The notes below the pieces were generated by a model, which saw nothing but the letters and a program-made list of their open reading frames with translations, was not told where the DNA came from and ran no database searches. Position numbers and translations under genes: made by a program. Of a DNA stretch of 64,000 nt, positions 12,331 through 25,955 are shown piece by piece. Origin of the DNA: Octopus sinensis (taxonomy: Eukaryota); assembly GCF_006345805.1 (NCBI RefSeq), contig NC_043002.1, positions 15,190,001-15,254,000 of the forward strand, written 5' to 3'. Position 1 is the stretch's first letter. Each line of letters opens with the position of its first letter.

Positions 12331-13098
12331 ATTAGAAAACATTTTCATAGAACCTAAAACTTTTGTAGTCTTTCGTATTTGCATGTGTATATCTATATTC
12401 CAATATATTTCATTTTTGCGTGTGGTAATATTTGAGTATGCTGCATTTACAAAGATTATAGCAAACCTGAAAATATATCACTGTGTTACTAATGGGTACA
12501 TGTAACAATTCAATGCAATTTACTTTAAATTCTCTACAATTTACAATTGAATTTTTCCGACATTACGTAACATTTTAAGTAAGATTCAATTATCAATGTG
12601 TACTATGTTAATTTGTGTGTATAAAATTTTCCTATTTCTTATCGCTGCCATTTTCCCCATTGTAAAGCCACATGCACTTTAGTCACACACTTACAAGAAC
12701 GAAAACAAAAATAACACTCTGGGAGTAGAATAGAAATGTAAGATAATGGTTTCTTCAATCAATTAATCGTGAACTTTAGGCAGTCAAACAATTATAATTC
12801 CGAATGAAATGTTTTAAAATATATTTCACTAAGTGTATTTTCTGCTATTGCATTTAATGAACACTTCAATTTATTGAAAGCTGTCCAGAGGAAAAATCTA
12901 TTAAGGATCTTAGAATAAAGTGATTATTTAATAATCATCTTCAATTCACTTGTAAATGTTATACTTAAATCTTTGTAAGTGTGTTGTTGGTAATATCATC
13001 TTAGATCATACTGCTAAAGGCTGTGTAATCCTGATTCAAAGCAGAAAGCCTTGTGTATACATATATACATAAATACATAAATACTTACATACATACAT

Positions 13099-13140
<42 letters not shown>

Positions 13141-13141
13141 T

Positions 13142-13189
<48 letters not shown>

Positions 13190-13215
13190 CGTGTGTGTGT
13201 GTGTGTTAATATATA

Positions 13216-13269
<54 letters not shown>

Positions 13270-13562
13270 TTTAAGAGATACAGGAAGAATGGAATATCTG
13301 ACTTGCTAGAAAGAGGAGTTAAAACTCTAAGCCACCAATTGTTGTAATACTGAAAGTGATTGAAAAGTTAAAACTTTTACCTTAATTCGGGTATCTCTTG
13401 TGTTTGAACGTACACTGTATTCTTCTCTGAATAATGTATAGTCTATTGACTAATTTTTCTTTGTCACTAGAGAAATAAGAATTCTTCGATGAATATTCTT
13501 GCTACCCTAAGATTTTAATTATATATACATATATATATGTGTGTGTGTGTGTTAATATATAA

Positions 13563-13606
<44 letters not shown>

Positions 13607-13728
13607 ATATATATATCTATATATATATATATATATATAATTCCTTGTTTAGTCTCATGCATATATTTCTATAAGCAAACTCGCGTACGAATATACGTAC
13701 AAACATTCATGCATACCAGAATATATAA

Positions 13729-13775
<47 letters not shown>

Positions 13776-13859
13776 TCATACATTATATGTATGTGTGTGT
13801 ATGCATGCGTATGCATATGATTATATATAATTATCTAGGTATGTATATATATTTTTTCT

Positions 13860-14118
13860 TCGTTTTACCTGCTTCACTCACTTGACTGCGTCCATACTGG
13901 AGCAGCCCCTTTAGTCGAAAAGATCGAGCTCAGAACTTCCTCTTTGTTAGCATAGTACTTAATCTATCGACTCTATTTCAGAAAACTATATTTTTTGCGA
14001 TGCAAATACACCAATATCGTTTGTCGAGTGATGGTGACCATCAAACACATACACACAGATACATATACACATACACACAAACACACACACACACACACAC
14101 ATACACACACATAAACAA

Positions 14119-14180
<62 letters not shown>

Positions 14181-14327
14181 GTCTCCTCTCAGTTTCCGTC
14201 TACCAGATCCACCCACAAGGCTTTCGTCGACCTGACCTTTAGTAGAAGACACTTGCCCAAAATATCCTGAAGTGGGACCGAACCCGGAACCATATGGTTG
14301 GTTAGCAAGCTTCTTGCCACATAGCCC
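13860..14327 (-). mobile_element. SINE family A
   Basis: CAGTTTCCGTCTACCA..AGAAGACACTTGCCCAA..GTGGGACCGAACCCGGAACCATATGGTTGG head, microsatellite middle, ACTGGAGCA tail. Confidence 0.8.
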
Positions 14328-14329
14328 CT

Positions 14330-15825
14330 TCAATCTGTTTAGGAGCGAAAATCAAGCTGGAAAATCAGTGGGCTTGCGGCTCGGCACCTGGAGAAGTGGG
14401 ACGCTGGACCGACGGTCCGGTCGAGTTGCTCGGGTTCTGGTTTGGTTCGGACCTTCAAATGGAGAAAAACCTGGGACGATATAACGAGTAGGGTGGTTAC
14501 TCTCGCCCGGCAATAGGCCGAGAGGAAACTGGCCCTAAAAGTTCGGGCGGAGGTGGGGAATACCTTCATTGCGTCCGTCATCTACTACCGCCTAATCGTC
14601 GTGCCTTGTCCCGAACCTACCATCACCAAACTAGAACGCATTCTTTTCCGCTTCTTGTGGAAAGGATGCGTCCAGATGGTCAGGTGATCCATTTGCTGTC
14701 AACACCCGTTGAAAGAAGGACTGTGCATGCCGTGGTTGATGATGCACGGACATGCGCTGAGACTGCGACATCAGGTATGGTCGACGTTTGTGAGGCACGC
14801 TTTCCCGCAACTCGTCTCCATGACCGAACTGCAGACGTGGATCAAAAAGTAGCCGAGGAAGGGTGAATGGCACTGTGAGTGTCGCGTTGCTCTCAAGCAA
14901 CTATGCCGTCCCGGGTCGGCCTTGAGTGACTTCAACACAACCAAAGCATTCCATAGGGGATTAGTGGAGGGTAGGTACGACGACGAGCCAGGGGCAAACC
15001 TGGACGTCGACGAGGAATACCTGACCCGGCTGTTCAGGACGCCTATCGGGCCAGGGCCCATGAACAACTTCCAGAGATCCCTGGGCTGGCAGTGCTACCG
15101 AGAAGCGCTACCCGTTCGGGACAAGCTCTACAGACACGGCTCGAGATGTGCTCAGAGCGACGAAACCACTCTGCACGCATTCGTGCAGTGTCCAACAATT
15201 TTCGATATGCAGGCTTTTCTCGAGCGACTGCTGTTACGAGTGGGACGAGTCGCTTTATCAGCCGAGTCTATCGTCAATATTGTAACGCCTCCTTCCGTCA
15301 AACGGGAAGGAAGAGCTATTTTCATCATTCTTGTCGCTATGGCGAAAGAATATAGCAGGTGGACGCGTCTGAAAGGATTGGAGACAAATAATTTCCTCTC
15401 TGGTCAATCTCTCATCAACTTCTTCAAGTATCACTTGAAAAGGAAAGTGAGAGTAGAGAAGCAAGTTTTGTCTAGCGAATGTTTCAAAAGAAATATGGGT
15501 GAATGTAGCAAGGATGGCACGTATGAATGACAAAACCACCTTCAAACTTGCAAACAAATGTGTTAACATTTAACATTATTGACCTAGGTTAACGTGGTCT
15601 TTTCCGTAGGCTTTTCTTTCCACGGATAAACCCTATCTGATTCCCCCTTTACACAATACATCATGACATTACTGTGATACACGATTCCTATTGGTCGTTT
15701 TTTTTCTTTCCCTTTTACGATCCCATTTGATCAAAAACCTACTTCACTTTTTTTCTCCCCATAAAGAAAAGCTCTACTTCGTAATCTGTCCCGTCTGTGT
15801 GCAGCCCTGTGTGGTTAATAAAGAA
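14330..15825 (+). mobile_element. Tx1/L1-clade LINE ORF2 3' part (RT thumb and zf-RVT) plus 3' UTR
   Basis: GC-rich. Frames read LGTWRS, RKLALKVRAEVGNTFIASVIYYRL, KLERILFRFLWKG and WQCYREALPVRDKLYRHG..RCAQSDETTLHAFVQCP (zf-RVT). T-rich UTR and AATAAA at ~15817. Confidence 0.85.
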
Positions 15826-15871
15826 ACGTATATATCTATCTATCTATCTATATATCTATATATCTATATGC

Positions 15872-15947
<76 letters not shown>

Positions 15948-17248
15948 TATAGATATATATATATATATATATATATTAATACACGCATTTCTTTTATACT
16001 TATATATGCCTTTTATAGTGTTTTGCATTTACTGGTGTTTATAGACGTCTGTGAGTATGCGTATAAATCTATGTGCTTATATGGACATGTATCAGCATAT
16101 GCGAATATATGTATATACTTATGCGTACACCCTCATATATATGTATATATGTGTGTGTGTATGTGTGTGTATGTGTGTATGTGTGCGCATGTGTGTGTGT
16201 GTGTGTGTGTACTTGCATTCCCTTAAAATTTTTTAAATGGCTAGGCTAAATTCGAAACTGAAATGAAAATCTCTGACAGAACAACATGTAAATATGTTAA
16301 AAGGGTAAACGCTTTTTCCGATCTTGCATGGTTTCCTGTTATTCATTACATTCCTTGTTTGATTGAAAACTGAATGAGATATTTTTCATTGAATACACTG
16401 CGATTGAAAGAAACGTTTCTGATTCATTGCCTTGATTGAGAGTTACACTACACTAAATGAAAACTCGCAGCCAAATTTGTAATTCAAAGATTACGTTCTT
16501 GGTATAATAGAATTACGTGCAGTAATGCGTCACTAATTTTAGAAGTGTAGTCGCTTTAGTTTCATGTTTGTTATTTAATTTCTTTAAACAAAAACAATTC
16601 AATGTGCAGTTCAAAAATTGGTTTGGAGTCATACTTTCACTGAATATAAAAGACAATGTAGATAATTTTTTAAAACTACAACTACTACTGCTACTAACAC
16701 TACTGCTGCTGCTGCTGCGACTGGTGATGATGCGAATGAGGATGATAATGATAGTGATAATAATAACAATAATAATAAGAAATGGCATCTTTACTACGGG
16801 TAAAAGGCCAACATTTTAGGGCAGTCAAGTGCATGGACGCCATTGTGCCGATAACGAAACAATGGAAGGCAAAGTCGACATCGGCGGAAGTCGAGCTTAG
16901 ACGAAATACTGCTAAATAGTCTTCCTTATGTATATACCATACTAACATACGCATTCACTTATATATTTTTTTCCAGAAAGAGACTGCTTGTGTTTAACCA
17001 TGTACGAATATACGAGTGCCTGTGTCTCTAACAAATAATATTAATATTGAATATTTACATAGAACGGAATATCATGAGAAAATCAGCAACAGGCAGCTAA
17101 GTTGTTACTTTCATTCTTGTTTGTACTTCTCAATAAATGCATCTATATATGTGTATGTGTGTGTAAGTATGTGTGTAATTGAAGAAATGGTAACCGAAAA
17201 GGAGTACGTTTTGACAGCTAATTTTAATCGCCTGTAGTAGAGATGATG

Positions 17249-17271
<23 letters not shown>

Positions 17272-17281
<10 letters not shown>

Positions 17282-17348
17282 CTTCTTCTTCTTCTTCTTC
17301 TTCTTCTTCTTCTTCTTCTTCTTCTTCTTCTTCTTCTTCTTCTTCTTT
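17272..17348. repeat. (CTT)n microsatellite
   Basis: Perfect CTT tract; explains the poly-Leu ORF. Confidence 0.97.
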
Positions 17349-17420
17349 TCTCCTCCTTCTACTTCCTCATATTTTTCTTATATATATACGAACACATACA
17401 TCTCTATATATACATATACT

Positions 17421-17500
<80 letters not shown>

Positions 17501-17558
17501 TAGTTTATATGCATATAAATATACATACATATATATATACATATACATACATACATAT

Positions 17559-17606
<48 letters not shown>

Positions 17607-18392
17607 AATATATACATATATATACACACATACACATATATAAATTCATATATGATTATGTATGCATGCATATACTTATGTTTGTATATATATATGCATG
17701 TGAATGTGGGTATGCATTTATATATGACAGATATAATAAATATTTACACGCCAATATACGGACAGCGATCCTTCTATATATATATGTATATTTGTTTGTG
17801 TGTGTGTGTGTGTGTGTAAGTCTTTCTGTGTATCGGTTTGTGGGTTGCGTTGATGATTTCATAACTTTCCCCCATTCTATAATGCATCATACACAGTAAA
17901 TTCACATGCTGAAAGACCAGAAGAGAATGACGATTTGGATCGTCTACATTTTTTCGTATGCATATAATGATAATCTTGGAGTACAAAGTAGGCATTTATT
18001 AATGGTCGTTGTACATCTTATACCATTCACTGTTAAGAAACGAATAGAGCTGTACCATATACGTGGGGCATGAATATGATGGTGATAATATACGACACGC
18101 TAGTATGCCTACGGGAACAAACCGTTTATACTAAGTGCATTTTCTTATAACACATTGTTTCGATATAATTGCAAGTTATCTAACATTTCAAACTCAAACA
18201 CAAAGAGTGTAAATGTTACACCATTAATAAAAATAGTGTAGATCATTCGAGGAAGTAATTTAATTGACGAAACGCAGCGGTGAAAGCAAACATAATTGTA
18301 ATAATAATAAACAGTACAACAGAAACTCCTAAATATATATAACATTATTAGCAGCAAATTCAACAAAAATAAAAACCGTACTGGTAATCATG

Positions 18393-18467
<75 letters not shown>
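18393..18467. repeat. (AAT)n microsatellite
   Basis: Perfect AAT tract; explains the poly-Ile ORFs. Confidence 0.97.
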
Positions 18468-18468
<1 letters not shown>

Positions 18469-19134
18469 GAAGAAGAAGAAGAGAAAGAAAAAGAAGTGTT
18501 ATAAACAAGATAAGAAGTGTTACAAACAACATAACGTTAGCAATGGAATTAATGATAACAGTAGTAATAATTTTCTTTTTCATCACTTGTGATAAAAACA
18601 CTGAGTGCAATAAAAATTTATGAAACACGAAAATATGAAATACACTCGAACTAGAAAATAGTGAATGGGCCAAAGTGTAAACAGCAACTTAGTAATATGA
18701 AGTTGCTATCTAGTCATGGGGTGGCCACCAAATATGGGTACATTGGGACAAGCCATGGAAAATTTCCCAGCCAAATTTTTGCTTTCCGCTATTTATGCTA
18801 ATACCAAGCATTCGTTAATTTGTAGAAAAAGGTCCTCATCTTAATCCTGACTAAATTACTTGTTTGTGTGTTTCATAAGGAACCTTTCTGGGAGGAAGTT
18901 ATCTACCGTTAGATTTTAAAATACATGTAACACAAAACATATTGGTGTTAAATAATCCGTTTGATATATTTAACATCTTCAATATCAGTTATATAGTGGG
19001 TGATATTTAAAACCGATTCCCTTGTGGCAATTTGTGAAAGAAATGAACTTCCAGAACGATGTTTTAATTAGGATTGCTTATCACTCTTTACTCTCCGACG
19101 TCAAATGCAGTCGAAGTCCACTTTTATTTTGTCT

Positions 19135-19359
19135 TATCTTTTAATTGTTTCAGTCATTTGACTGCAGCCATACTGGAGCACCGCCTGTAGTCGAGGAGGT
19201 CGACCCCAGGACTTATTCTTTGTAAGCCTAGTACTTATTCTATCGGTTACTTTTGCCGAACCGATAATTTACGGGGACGTAAACACACCAGCATCGGTTG
19301 TCAAGCAATGTTAGGGGGATAAACAGACGCACAAACATACACACACACACACACACACA

Positions 19360-19401
<42 letters not shown>

Positions 19402-19546
19402 TCCGTCTACCAAATCCACTCACAAAGCTTTGGTCGACTCGAGGCTATAGTAGTAAATAATTGCCCAAGGTTGCACGTAGTGGGACTGAAACCAGAAACA
19501 TGTGGTTGGTAATCACGTTGCTTACCAGACAGCCACTCTTGCGCCT
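19135..19546 (-). mobile_element. SINE family A
   Basis: TGTTTCAGTCATTTGACTGC..GACCCCAGGACTTATTCTTTGTAAGCC..GTGGGACTGAAACC..CAGCCACTCTTGCGCCT. Confidence 0.88.
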
Positions 19547-20868
19547 ATATATAATATGAGCAACAGTTAAGCATATTATGCTGCATACTGTATGGATAAA
19601 TTTGTGAATAGGCACTCCAAGATAGTTACTAGATGCAACAACGAGGTAAAATGTTCAATTTTGCTGTTTGGTAAAAAACAAATCATATTGAAAACTCTAG
19701 TGGTGCAATCTGCTTATTTTGTTACATTGTATTTATTTCTCTTTATTTCTACTGAATATTTTCTACTTTCCATTATGTAAATGCAGATGTATATATCCAT
19801 GCGCTGCAGCATTTGGTGCGAAATATTAATATGTATTATTGATGTAGGAGACAGAGAGGAAAAAACATGTATATTTATATTATTGAACTTCCATACTGTT
19901 TATTAGGTAACTGGGGATATAGTGGGATAGATAAGTATTGTTATATTATTTAAAAAATCTAGAGCAATATGAAAAATCTTATATCTCAAAATTCTAGTGC
20001 ATTTCCGTTGGCCATAATCATAGAATTCAACAAATTGATATAAATTCAACATATTAATATAAACATCATAATGTTAAGAATGGAAGTAAGAAGTATGTAT
20101 CCGTGCATACATAAAAAAGATATATGTGTGTCTATATAAAAACTATATACACTAACTTGTATTTGGGTATTTGAAAGAATATGTATGTGAGGGAGAGTTT
20201 ACCTACTCCTATTTTTGTAAATGACTACTAAGAGTACATTGAAGTTAGACATTCGCAGATTAACCTTATATGGTGATATACTCTGGTTTAGGTCAAGTTC
20301 TAGTAGATCGTGACAAGCACACGAAATACTCATTCCTTATCAATTCATCACATTATTATCTCTAAACCTTTTGTGTCGTACTTTATTTCGACTTTCTTTC
20401 TCTTCCCAAGAATCTACACATAAGACAGAATTGCGTTCTACATTTAGCGGGACTTGTTTATTTTTTGTCTTTATTTCTTTGTTTTTCTATTTTGTATTTT
20501 GCTTCTAGTTTCGTTTGGTCTGCCATTTCCATCATGGATTTCGATTTCTCAGCAAATTGCTGAAAAGGCTAAGTTCTACGAGTATTCATTATTGAATAGA
20601 ATGAAGAAATTGTCTGATCTAACAAAGGGCACTCAACGTCGTCACATGAAGAACCACATTATACACCCATGATTTATAGTAGAGATTAAGCAGTATGTTA
20701 AGTATATCAACAAACCAATGTGCTACGTTTGTGTGGAATTAAATTCCAATGATATGTAATAGCGAATAAAGTATTTTGTTCAATCCATTTTCCCTCATGC
20801 ATCTCTTCGTATATACAGACGCACACATATCCATACATGCATATATATGTATATATGGGTGTGTATGT

Positions 20869-21172
20869 GGAGGCACATGGCCTAATGGTTAGAGCAGGAG
20901 ATTCACGATCGAGGGATCGTGGGTTCGAATCTCAGACCGGGCGATGTGTGTGTTTATGAGCGAAACACCTAAGCTCCACGCGACTCCGACAGAAAGTAAT
21001 GGCGAACTTCTGCTGACTCTTTTGCCTCAACTTTCTCTCAATCTTTTAAGTTTCGTGCACCTTGCAGCTCACTTGCGACGGACTGTTGACCCGTCCAGGT
21101 GGGGAACCTATACGCCAAGGAAACCGGGAAACCAGCCCTATGAGCCAGGCGTTGCTCGAGAAGGAACAAACA
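20869..21172 (+). mobile_element. tRNA-derived SINE, family C (V-domain-like 3' region)
   Basis: A box TGGCCTAATGG and B box GGTTCGAATCT. The 3' part GCGACGGACTG..CCCGTCCAGG..GAAACCGGG recalls the V-SINE domain. Confidence 0.75.
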
Positions 21173-21295
21173 ATATGTGTGTATATGCATGTATGTGTAT
21201 GTATATATATGTGTGTATATGTGTATACATATATATGTATATATACATCTCTCTCTTTCTTTATATATATATATATATACATCTCTCTCTTTCTT

Positions 21296-21350
<55 letters not shown>

Positions 21351-21994
21351 CCACATATGTATTTAGATATATGTAAATGTTACTGTGAATAAGATCTATG
21401 TATTTACTATGTAATTCATCGATATATTCCTATTCTACATTATTATATACTATTGTATATAGTGTTCATATCCTTCCATCATCGCTAAATTAATCTACAA
21501 TGTATATATGAATATGCCACACAATTAAGTTGAATGTATGTAAGTTTATACAAACAGACCTGTGTATGTGTGCGCGTTTAGCTTTGCGCTTGAATTTCTC
21601 CCTCGTTCTGTATATCACATTACAGCCTTCCCAAATATTATTTGAGTGTGCTTATCTTATATTCTTGTCCCATTGTAATACACCAAACCTAGATCTATAA
21701 AACGAGTGCCAGTCTTAAAAAATAAAATTGCTTGAGTTTATCACTTGAATCTTACAACATGCTTCATGGAAATATATTAATAAGGGACGTATTTGTCGGC
21801 CAGCTTTAAAAGTATAAATTGCAGAAGAACAGTATGTATTTTTGTAGTTAAAAACGTAAATGCCGTATTTGAAATATGCACTGTAAATCAAAGGTGTTGG
21901 TAAAACGTATAAACGCTAACAGAACTATATGCAAATATACCACTTTACTATCGAAACTTTAGTCGCTATTAATTTATCATTTATACAATATACT

Positions 21995-22370
21995 GTGGAG
22001 GTGCAATGGCCCAGTGGTTAGGGCAGCGGACTCGCGGTCGTAGGATCGCGGTTTCGATTCCCAGACCGGGCGTTGTGAGTGTTTATTGAGCGAAAACACC
22101 TAAAAGCCCCACGAGGCTCCGGCAGGGGATGGTGGTGGTCCATGCTGTACTCTTTCACCACAAATCTCTCTCCATCTTACTTCCTGTTTCCGTTGTACCT
22201 GTATTTCAAAGGGCCGGCCTTGTCACGCTGAATATCCCCGAGAACTACGTTAAGGGTACACGTGTCTGTGGAGTGCTCAGCCACTTACACGTTAACTTCA
22301 CGAGCAGGCTGTTCCGTTGATTCGGATCAACCGGAACCCTCGTCGTCGGAACCGACGGAGTGCTTCCACC
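21995..22370 (+). mobile_element. tRNA-derived SINE, family D, full length with target-site duplication
   Basis: A box TGGCCCAGTGG and B box GTTTCGATTCC. Flanked by ATACAATATACT (21983-21994) and ATACAACATACT (22371-22382). Confidence 0.85.
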
Positions 22371-23042
22371 ATACAACATACTCCAAATATATTGCACGTA
22401 TAATATGGCTTCTGCAGGAACCGCACCTCTTTGAACAACGTTTCATTTTTACTTATCTAAAGACCTTCCGAATTTCTCTGTGAATTATCGGTAGTTTCCA
22501 ATTTTCTATTCTATGACCGCAAAGATCTTTCCGGTATCTATATTCTAAACATTGATATTCTTTCAGATTCTATATGTCCTTATTCAGATAAAGAAATCAT
22601 AGCGGTTAAAATTCAGGTAATATTTATTCGTCGCGAAATTTAACAATGATTACCAGAACCTACGCGAGCCACAATTAATCTTTCAAGAAATTATAGCCTT
22701 CACAATCTTTTCTGAATTTGTTCACGCAGTCGCAGGAATGTAAAGTTCAGTAAAATGCCTCATAATACATGAACTTTAAATAACAAAACAAGAAGTAATT
22801 GCATTTATGCATAGCTGAATATATTCATTCAGAGAGGACAACGGCGTCTCCATTTTATTTCTCCCCCCCCCACTCTCTCTATCTCCCTCTTCATAAGAAC
22901 ACACAAATACTCCATACACATATAAGTATATGTATACTCACTTCTATCTTTAAAGAATTGTTATTTGTAAATCTCACAACGAGAGATATTCAGCAACAGT
23001 ACTTTGGAGTAAATATTATTTACCAACATAACATGGCAGTCG

Positions 23043-23207
23043 TGGTTTAGGACAATTGTTATTGTAATTTAGTCGCAGGAGACGTCGTTTGCAGCTGTCT
23101 ATACGATATGTCCTTGTTCGAAGATATAAGGTCACAGATCGTGTCGTATAGCTAGCTGGAGACGATGTCACCTGATATTAAATTACACCTACATTTGTCC
23201 TAAACCA
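23043..23207. mobile_element. Palindromic MITE (~165 bp)
   Basis: TGGTTTAGGACAA at 23043 mirrors TTGTCCTAAACCA ending at 23207. Inner arms CAGGAGACGTCGTTTGCAGCTG.CTATACGA and TCGTATAGCTAGCTGGAGACGATGTCACCTG. Confidence 0.75.
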
Positions 23208-23252
23208 GGAATTCCTTGTTATGTTGTCAAATAATTCTCACTTCCAGCTTCC

Positions 23253-23290
<38 letters not shown>

Positions 23291-23313
23291 TTATCTAACT
23301 ATCTATCTATCAA

Positions 23314-23352
<39 letters not shown>

Positions 23353-24383
23353 TTATTTATAGATAGATAGATAGATACTTTCGAGCGCTCCTGTGTCTTT
23401 TCGTATTTTCTCTTATATATCATATGGTGGAAAATTCCTGAGAAATATTCTGGTACACATATCTTGCTCAAATAAAGCCTCACCCCCAAATAATAATAAT
23501 TAAATAAAAGGTAATGTCATAGGACTCCAACCTCTTTCTAAAATGATAGTTATATATTTATGGCTTGCTGCAAAGGGGAAACAACAAAAAGAAATTCTTA
23601 TAAAAGAAGTTTAGTCGTGATAAAACCTAAAACATCCGACCTCCTGAAGAGAGTGATTGATCGGGAGTCGTGTATTTCGATTCGTCATATTATTGAATTA
23701 AATCTGAGCAGTGATGGTAATTCGTGCAAAGGAATAAAAAGCTATAAATAACGTAAATGTTGCTGGTAATTATCAACAAATATTTTAAACGTCAAAAAAG
23801 GGAGGATTTGAAAGAGGTATATAAAAGTTACGGCATTCAAAATTCTTCTTTCAAAGAAAACTGTAATTCCAAAACGTCTTGTAATCTATATTATTAATAT
23901 TTGTTTTATTCGTGTTTCCTTTGATGTGTTTGCGGCATAAAGAGGAAAATTGTGACATTAAATTCGTTAAGAAAGATCGATTAAATGTGGTACATATAAT
24001 TAGGGGTTCGAATGGAGGCAGATAAAAATTCTTATGACTTATCGACGTGCGAATTAAGAATACTTCCATGTATTTGATCAAAAAGGATTAGTGCAAAATG
24101 TGATGAAACGTGAAACAAAATATTAAGTATAATTGAGAGAAAGATCATACATTAGAAACATTTTGGATAAATACAGTAAAAATAATTTGTCCTGCAATTA
24201 CAAGACACGCGGTTATCTATATTATAGAAGGAACCGAGTATCTTCACCTACAAACGCAGCCACTCATATGCATATTCATTCATACTGTATCCTCCGAAGG
24301 ATCGTAGTCAGTTTCAAAAGACTTCATATCCCTATTTCTTTCTTCATGAATATGCATACGTACGTATACGCAGACACACACGT

Positions 24384-24418
<35 letters not shown>

Positions 24419-24545
24419 AATATATATATATATATATATATATATAAGGCAAATAAGAAAATTGAGGGGATAAACACTCGACAAACATCAGCATGTAAAC
24501 ATTGGATTATATCTATTTATTAATTGGTAACAATCATATATATAT

Positions 24546-24952
24546 AGGCGCAGGAGTGGCTGTGTGGTAAGTAGCTTGCTAACTAACCACATGGTTCCGG
24601 GCTCAGTGCCACTGCGTGGCATCTTGGGCAAGTGTCTTCTGCTATAGCCCCGGGCCGACCAAAGCCTTTTGAGTGGATTTGGTAGACGGGAACTGAAAGA
24701 AGCCAGTCGTATATATGTATATATATATATATATGTGTGTGTGTGTTTGTGTGTCTGTGTTTGTCCCCTTAGCATTGCTTGACAACCGATGCTGGTGCGT
24801 TTACGTCCCCGTCACTTAGCGGTTCGGCAAAAGAGACCGATAGAATAAGTACTGGGCTTACAAAGAATAAGTCCTGGTGTCGATTTGCTCGACTAAAGGT
24901 GGTGCTCCAGCATGGCCGCAGTCAAATGACTGAAACAAGTAAAAGAGTAAAG
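24546..24952 (+). mobile_element. SINE family A, full length (copied at 26055-26459 and 27548-27954)
   Basis: A box TGGCTGTGTGG, B box GG(C/T)TCAGTGCC, CTTGGGCAAGTG core-like motif, TA/TG microsatellite, 3' GAAACAAGTAAAAGAGTAAAG. Confidence 0.9.
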
Positions 24953-25424
24953 ATTATATATAAGTGATCCATGAACTGATCCAAAGGGATGAGACGGAGG
25001 AGGTTATCTCTACAAGTGCGATAAAGGAAATGTTGGGAATGGGGAAAGGCAACTTTCAAAATTTATTCAAAAGAAACACCTAGAAAAAGTTGCAACTCAG
25101 AGTGCGACAGCGCTATTTAATGGCACTTGCTTAAATAAGTTCAGAACTACTCTGAAAGTGAAAATAAAACAGACCTTAATGGACAGGTTTTTTATCGAAA
25201 ATTCTTGCAGATTAAAGTGAGGAAAATGTGGCCAAAAAGGGAAAAAAATCAGAGAATAGGACTCAGTTATTCAGTTCAGCGTTTCTTGTTCACCTCCGTC
25301 ACCACCCTCAAGTCATCTGATCTCGAACGTAAACATTGTACATGATACTTAATAAAACCAGTCTATTATAGTACATTCTATTGTAGTGTTTTTAATACAA
25401 TGTTTGTAGCACTTCTTGGTGGAG

Positions 25425-25559
25425 TAGGGGGGGGGCACTGAACGGATTAATGGTACCTCGATTCTTTCCAATGGAGAAATTCGATTTGACATACGAGTAA
25501 TTTGAGTTATGAGCTCCGTCACAGAATGCATTAAACTTGTATGTCAAGGTGCCACTGTA
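25425..25559 (-). mobile_element. Tigger/pogo-like transposon end fragment, present in each tandem unit
   Basis: Reverse complement reads TA-CAGTGGCACCTTGACATACAAGTTTAATGCATTC..CTCGTATGTCAAATC..TAATCCGTTC, like Tigger termini (TA + CAGTG, subterminal repeat). Confidence 0.6.
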
Positions 25560-25866
25560 CTCTACATTCACATTCATTCTTGCTTATTTAGAACTCATAC
25601 TTTAATGAACTTCTTTACAGGAAATTTTAATAACAGCTATTTTCTGTGATACTCTTTTACTCTTTTACTATTTTATTTGTTTCAGTCATTTGACTGCGGC
25701 CATGATGGAGCACCGACTTAGTCGAGCAAATCGACCCCGGGACTTATTCTTTGTAAGGCCAGTACTTATTCTATCGGTCTCTTTTGCCGAACCGCTAGGT
25801 GAGGGGACGTAAACACACCAGCATCGGTTGTCAAGCAATGCTAGGTGGACAAACACAGACACACAA

Positions 25867-25955
<89 letters not shown>

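Noticed and set aside
18727-18736. CArG box CCAAATATGG
   Set aside because: A single 10-mer is expected by chance in 64 kb of AT-rich DNA; no promoter context.
20869-22070. tRNA-like sequences at 20869 and 21997
   Set aside because: They continue into SINE bodies, one with a TSD, and lack a proper acceptor stem, so they are not tRNA genes.
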